A stretch of 64,000 nucleotides of DNA from assembly GCA_949297125.1 (NCBI GenBank), contig CASFRS010000002.1:55478-119477 (forward strand). The letters are read 5' to 3'. This DNA comes from an uncultured Bacteroidales bacterium. GTDB taxonomy: Bacteria; Bacteroidota; Bacteroidia; Bacteroidales; G3-4614. Below, one piece after another: positions 59,890 to 64,000 of the stretch (position 1 is the first letter of the stretch; the number at the start of each line of letters is the position of its first letter). Below the pieces are notes generated by a model. It was not told the origin of the DNA and ran no database searches. It saw only the letters and a list, made by a program, of their open reading frames with translations. The position numbers and the translations under genes were made by a program.

Positions 59890-60317
59890 CATTATCGCTC
59901 TTTTTATTAGGAGTTCCCCGCATTTTTGGCAACACCGCATAGAACGGAAGCCTGCCGCCCGCAAGGCAGACACCCTCCGTGCTGCGTTGCAGGCAACGGA
60001 CAGCATGGACGGCTTTCTTCCGTTACGGCGGCCACGGCACGCCGGAGCAATGCGTACACGTACAGATAAAGCCTGTAACCGGCGGCCGGGGAGGTTGCAG
60101 GCCTGCCGCAGGCAATACCTGAAAACAGGTATTTTCATCCCCGTGCCGCAGGCAGCGCACAGATGCGGCGCGGCGGCACGGGAAACCCGCAGACAACGGC
60201 ACAAATGCCGCCGCACGCAACATACGCCCCGCCCCTGTACTCCGCGGCCGCATACCGCAAACAGGGTATTTTCAAGTTCGACGGCGGTCAGGCCACGGCA
60301 ATTAGGGAAAAGATTAA

Positions 60318-60325
60318 TATCTTTG
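60318..60325 (+). promoter_or_regulatory. -7 box candidate for rnhB-feoAB
   Basis: TATCTTTG matches TAnnTTTG, 58 nt upstream of the rnhB ATG. It is embedded in AT-rich AAGATTAATATCTT. No clear -33 element. Confidence 0.35.
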
Positions 60326-60382
60326 TCTGCCGTTGCGGCAAAGAAAAGCTGCTCCGGCATTAAAACAACTACAGCAAAGGCC

Positions 60383-60979
60383 ATGTTGTCTGCCTGCAAA
60401 ACACCTGGAATAATAGAAGCTGGATGCGACGAAGCAGGGCGCGGCTGCCTTGCCGGGCCGGTATACGCCGCAGCGGTAATCCTTCCCGAAGGGTACCGGT
60501 GCGAACTGCTGAACGATTCAAAACAACTGTCGGAGAGGCAGCGTTACACCCTGCGCCGGGAGATAGAGCAGGCGGCAACGGCGTGGGGGATAGGAGTGGC
60601 AAGCGCGGAGGAAATCGACGCAATGAACATACTCAACGCCTCGATACTTGCCATGCACCGCGCAATAGACGCGCTCGCCGTGCGTCCCGAATACCTGCTT
60701 ATAGACGGCAACCGTTTCAAGCCGTACGGCACGTTGCCGTACAGTTGCGAAGTAAAGGGCGATGCACGGTACATGTCGATAGCCGCCGCTTCGATTCTCG
60801 CCAAGACCAGCCGCGACGACTACATGAAGGAACTCGCCGCAAAATACCCCCAATACGGTTGGGAGATAAACAAGGGGTATCCCACAAAAAAGCACCGGCA
60901 GGCAATCGAAGAGTACGGCATAACGCCGTATCACCGGAAGACGTTCCGCCTTGCCGAACACCAACTAACGTTATTTTAA
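60383..60979 (+). CDS. rnhB: ribonuclease HII
   Basis: The track ORF (from 59987) has an Arg-rich nonsense extension. The ATG at 60383 gives [32 protein letters not shown], the RNase HII DEAGRG motif; 198 aa. Confidence 0.9.
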   Translation: MLSACKTPGIIEAGCDEAGRGCLAGPVYAAAVILPEGYRCELLNDSKQLSERQRYTLRREIEQAATAWGIGVASAEEIDAMNILNASILAMHRAIDALAVRPEYLLIDGNRFKPYGTLPYSCEVKGDARYMSIAAASILAKTSRDDYMKELAAKYPQYGWEINKGYPTKKHRQAIEEYGITPYHRKTFRLAEHQLTLF

Positions 60980-60993
60980 CACAGAGAAGAAAG

Positions 60994-63348
60994 ATGCTGC
61001 TATCAGAACTGAATACCGGCCAGTCGGCCATAATACTGAAAGTTCACGGACACGGAGGATTCCGTAAAAGGATAATGGAAATGGGATTCGTACGCGGCAA
61101 GCGCGTGGAAGTGCTGCTGAACGCCCCGCTGAAAGACCCCATAAAGTACAAGATAATGGGTTACGAAGTGTCGTTGCGGCGCAGCGAGGCAGCAATGATA
61201 GACGTGATAACCGACGAGGAGGCGCTGCGCAACATGAACGGCAGGGGTGCGACCGAAGCCGAACAGCAGGAGTATATCAGCAACGTAATAAAGGAATACC
61301 GCACAACCATAAACATTGCGCTCGTAGGCAATCCCAACAGCGGCAAGACATCGCTTTTCAACGCAATATCGGGGCGGCACGAACACGTCGGCAACTACAG
61401 CGGCGTTACAGTCGACGCCACCCGCGGGAGTTACAGGTACAAGGGGTACACGCTGATAATAACCGACCTGCCCGGCACATACGCCCTGTCGCCCTACTCG
61501 CCGGAAGAGCGGTATGTAAGGGAACATATAGAGAAGAGTTCGCCCGATGTAATACTAAACGTCGTGGCCGCATCGAACCTCGAGCGCAACCTCTACCTCA
61601 CCACCGAGCTCATCGACATGGACCTGAAAACGGTGGTGGCCCTCAACATGTACGACGAACTGGAAAAGAGCGGGGCGAAGCTCGACTACAAACAGTTGGG
61701 GGCCATGCTCGGACTACCCATGGTACCGGTAACGGCAAAAAAGGGGGAAGGGATAACCGAACTGCTCGACACGGTAATCGAAGTGTACGAAAACCGCAAT
61801 TCGCAGGTACGCCACATACACATAAACAACGGGCACATAATAGAGGACGGTCTCAACCGCCTCAAGGCAGCCATAAAGGAGAGCGGGCACGAACTGCCCA
61901 AAACCTTCCCTCCCCGCTACTATGCGCTGAAGATGCTCGAAAAGGACAGGCAGGTAGAGGAAATGCTCTCGGCGTACCCCGACTACCCCGAATGGAAAGC
62001 CATCCGCGACCATGAAGTAAAACACATAGAGGGCGACCTCGGCGAAGACATAGAAGAAGCGCTGACGGGACAGAAGTACGGGTTTATAGGCGGGGCTCTG
62101 AAAGAGACCCTGCAGCCCGGCAAGGAGGGAGACGGAATAAGGGCCACGCACATAATAGACGCCCTTGTAACCCACAAGCTATGGGGCTTCCCCGTCTTTT
62201 TCCTGCTGATAGGGATAATGTTCTACTGCACGTTCAGCCTCGGCGCATACCCGCAGGAGTGGATAGAAAACGGGGTAACGCTGCTGAGCGGCTACATCGA
62301 CGGCATAATGCCCGACGGGCAGCTGAAAGACCTTATCGTAAACGGGGCGATAGGGGGCGTAGGGAGCGTAATAGTCTTCCTCCCGAACATAATGATACTC
62401 TACCTGTTCATATCGTTCCTCGAAGACTCGGGATACCTGGCGCGCGCCGCCTTCATAATGGACAAGGTAATGCACAAGATAGGGCTTCACGGAAAATCGT
62501 TCATACCCCTGGTAATGGGATTCGGCTGCAACGTTCCGGCCGTAATGACGGCGCGCACCATAGAGAGCCGCAGCAGCCGTCTGATAACCATACTCATCCT
62601 TCCGTTCATGTCGTGCAGCGCACGCATCCCCATATACATACTGCTGATAGGTACATTTTTCCCCGCCCACGGTGGGATAATCCTCGCCCTCCTCTATACG
62701 GGAGGCATTGCAATGGCGGTAATAACGGCAAAACTTATGCGCCGTTTCCTTTTCAAGACCGACGAGACCCCGTTTGTAATGGAGCTCCCCCCGTACCGGC
62801 TTCCCTCGCTCTACACAACCGTAACGCACATGTGGGACAAGTGCAAACAGTACCTCAAGAAGATGGGGGGACTTATACTCGTAGCTTCGGTAATAGTATG
62901 GTTCCTCAGCTACTACCCCACTCCCGACGAACCGGGATATACGGCGGCACAACGGACCGAGCAGTCATACCTCGCCCGCATAGGGAAGTTCTGCGAACCG
63001 GTTGTCCGCCCCATAGGCATGAAATGGCAGGCATGCGTGGCCGCGCTCTCCGGCGTATCGGCCAAAGAGATAGTGGTAAGCACCCTCGGGGTCCTCTACT
63101 CGGAAAACGGCGAGGAGGAAATAAGCGAGTCGCGCCTCTCCGGCAAGCTCGAACAGAGCGGCGACTTCACCCCGGCGTCCGCACTGGCGTTCCTTGTCTT
63201 CACCATGCTCTACTTCCCCTGCATAGCCACGCTGGCGGCCATAAAAAACGAAGCGGGCTGGGGCTGGGCGGCGGCGTCTATGCTTTACAACACGGCCGTT
63301 GCATGGATAATATCGTACATTATATATAACATTGCGCTTGTAATATGA
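60994..63348 (+). CDS. feoB: ferrous iron transporter, FeoA-FeoB fusion
   Basis: The ATG at 60994 gives MLLSELNTGQSAIILKVHG... (FeoA SH3-like domain). This is followed by the G-domain IALVGNPNSGKTSLFNAISG and a polytopic C-terminus; 784 aa. The track ORF start (60424) is a spurious extension through rnhB. Confidence 0.9.
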   Translation: MLLSELNTGQSAIILKVHGHGGFRKRIMEMGFVRGKRVEVLLNAPLKDPIKYKIMGYEVSLRRSEAAMIDVITDEEALRNMNGRGATEAEQQEYISNVIKEYRTTINIALVGNPNSGKTSLFNAISGRHEHVGNYSGVTVDATRGSYRYKGYTLIITDLPGTYALSPYSPEERYVREHIEKSSPDVILNVVAASNLERNLYLTTELIDMDLKTVVALNMYDELEKSGAKLDYKQLGAMLGLPMVPVTAKKGEGITELLDTVIEVYENRNSQVRHIHINNGHIIEDGLNRLKAAIKESGHELPKTFPPRYYALKMLEKDRQVEEMLSAYPDYPEWKAIRDHEVKHIEGDLGEDIEEALTGQKYGFIGGALKETLQPGKEGDGIRATHIIDALVTHKLWGFPVFFLLIGIMFYCTFSLGAYPQEWIENGVTLLSGYIDGIMPDGQLKDLIVNGAIGGVGSVIVFLPNIMILYLFISFLEDSGYLARAAFIMDKVMHKIGLHGKSFIPLVMGFGCNVPAVMTARTIESRSSRLITILILPFMSCSARIPIYILLIGTFFPAHGGIILALLYTGGIAMAVITAKLMRRFLFKTDETPFVMELPPYRLPSLYTTVTHMWDKCKQYLKKMGGLILVASVIVWFLSYYPTPDEPGYTAAQRTEQSYLARIGKFCEPVVRPIGMKWQACVAALSGVSAKEIVVSTLGVLYSENGEEEISESRLSGKLEQSGDFTPASALAFLVFTMLYFPCIATLAAIKNEAGWGWAAASMLYNTAVAWIISYIIYNIALVI

Positions 63349-63509
63349 CGGCAGGATGGCAGGAAGCCGCAGTTGCGGCAATAGGGGCAATACTTTGTAT
63401 ATACCTGATATACAAAGTATTCCTCCGCACAAGAGGGGGCGGCAGGAGAGGCGGATGCCCCTCCTGCGGGGGCTCCTGCCCCCACGGCAGGGACAAGCCA
63501 TGCCGCTGA
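63345..63509 (+). CDS. FeoB-associated Cys-rich small membrane protein
   Basis: Below the ORF-track cutoff. Hand translation gives MTAGWQEAAVAAIGAILCIYLIYKVFLRTRGGGRRGGCPSCGGSCPHGRDKPCR (54 aa): one TM helix plus a CxxC...C...C tail. Its ATG overlaps the feoB TGA as ATGA. Confidence 0.7.
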   Translation: MTAGWQEAAVAAIGAILCIYLIYKVFLRTRGGGRRGGCPSCGGSCPHGRDKPCR

Positions 63510-63645
63510 AGGCAGGCATGGAAGATGGCAGCCCCGGTCCGTAGCGCGACGCCAGGGCCCGCATACCGGACGATGCAATACGCCCCGCCCCGCACCCGTA
63601 AAAATATTCTTCCCGGCGGGAAGTACAACGTATGTAACTTTCCGC

Positions 63646-63653
63646 TAATTTTG
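63646..63653 (+). promoter_or_regulatory. -7 box candidate for the LRR surface protein gene
   Basis: TAATTTTG matches TAnnTTTG, about 120 nt upstream of the ATG at 63775. No -33 match. Confidence 0.3.
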
Positions 63654-63774
63654 TGAACGGGAGGCGCTGGGGTTTCGGACCGAAAAAACAGAATCGCAAT
63701 ACCCGAAAGGAGAGTGGAACGCCGCACACCGCGCAGATACTCCATTACATATTTATTGTCTAACTTAAATCATT

Positions 63775-64000
63775 ATGGTTATGGGAAGAAACTTTACTAA
63801 ACTTTTGGCATTGTTCCTTGCGTTCGGCACACCGCTTGCCGCTGTTGCCGAAGATTTCTCGGCAGACGGCATAAGCTACAACATCACATCGCCGGAAAAC
63901 CTTACCGTTGAAGTAACTGAAAGCCCGTCCTACAGTTCATACGCAGGAGACATAACAATCCCGGCGACGGTTACGAACGGCGATACCGAATACACCGTTA
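63775..64000 (+). CDS. BspA-like leucine-rich-repeat surface protein (partial, N-terminus only)
   Basis: Hand translation gives MVMGRNFTKLLALFLAFGTPLAAVAEDFSADGISYNITSPENLTVEVTESPSYSSYAGDITIPATVTNGDTEYTV. That is a signal peptide followed by the F..DGI.Y.I......V.V....Y.G.I.IP..V pattern typical of Bacteroidota BspA-type LRR proteins. It runs off the window end. Confidence 0.55.
   Translation, partial: MVMGRNFTKLLALFLAFGTPLAAVAEDFSADGISYNITSPENLTVEVTESPSYSSYAGDITIPATVTNGDTEYTV

Noticed and set aside
60219-60232. Exact 14-mer ATACGCCCCGCCCC shared between 60219-60232 and about 63573-63586, plus a nearby GCCGCATACCG-like similarity. This suggested a dispersed repeat family in GC-rich spacers.
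   Set aside because: By a rough estimate, several exact 14-mer coincidences are expected by chance in 64 kb when both strands are considered. The flanks do not align and the motif order differs.
59987-60382. 132-codon extension of rnhB, the 190-codon extension of feoAB (60424-60993), and the 173-aa minus-strand ORF 59878-60399.
   Set aside because: The translations are extreme Arg/Cys/Pro-rich low-complexity sequence. The conserved RNase HII and FeoA N-termini begin at internal ATGs (60383 and 60994). The feoAB extension is just an alternative frame of rnhB.
63356-63544. 62-aa ORF after feoB listed in the track.
   Set aside because: The Arg/Gly/Pro-rich translation has no hydrophobic segment. 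A different frame over the same DNA gives a canonical FeoB-associated Cys-rich membrane protein coupled to the feoB stop.

Overview
This window reads as a Bacteroidales (Bacteroidota) core-chromosome segment. The evidence is the gene order, FeoA-FeoB fusion, parA-parB-DUF5683-LysM transglycosylase synteny, a str/S10/spc/alpha ribosomal cluster lacking tuf and adk, and recurring TTTG-N19-20-TAnnTTTG promoter motifs.

Layout, left to right:
- aroC (runs off the window start), a DJ-1-like gene, and a queF-yhhQ queuosine-salvage pair.
- An AraC-linked operon of three signal-peptide-bearing enzymes: amidohydrolase_2, ABM, and a CMD-cupin fusion.
- korAB, aroK and rnhA.
- A roughly 10 kb glycan locus with several GT4/GT2 genes, wecE-like and wecD-like genes, and an MsbA-like ABC exporter.
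- parAB, DUF5683, a LysM lytic transglycosylase and purT.
- An MBOAT plus SGNH-like pair, a Na/Pi-PhoU transporter, a nucleoside-kinase-like gene, rpoN, a PAP2-like gene, purE, ispG, DUF1460, a mutarotase-like gene and eno.
- About 18 kb of ribosomal protein, rpoA, secY, map, infA and fusA genes.
- rnhB, feoAB, and the start of a BspA-like LRR surface protein.

I saw no CRISPR array, transposase, integrase, tRNA/rRNA or recognisable defence island. Most of the window is ordinary housekeeping DNA.

The ORF track misses four real genes. aroC is open at the window edge, and rpmJ, rpmD and a 54-aa FeoB-associated Cys-rich protein fall below the length cutoff. Several track ORFs start at TTG or carry spurious N-terminal extensions, which I trimmed to conserved ATG starts.

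The leads worth a second look are small and regulatory:
- A possible preQ1-I-like aptamer before yhhQ-queF.
- A promoter-plus-terminator unit upstream of eno that could be a small RNA or an attenuator.
- A structured GC-rich orphan spacer between rpsL and rnhB.
- A perfect palindrome abutting the parA start.
- An inverted pair of GT2 paralogs bracketing part of a Fuc4NAc-type glycan operon.

None of these is proven. All product calls rest on my reading of the translated ORFs and on motifs recalled from memory, not on database searches.
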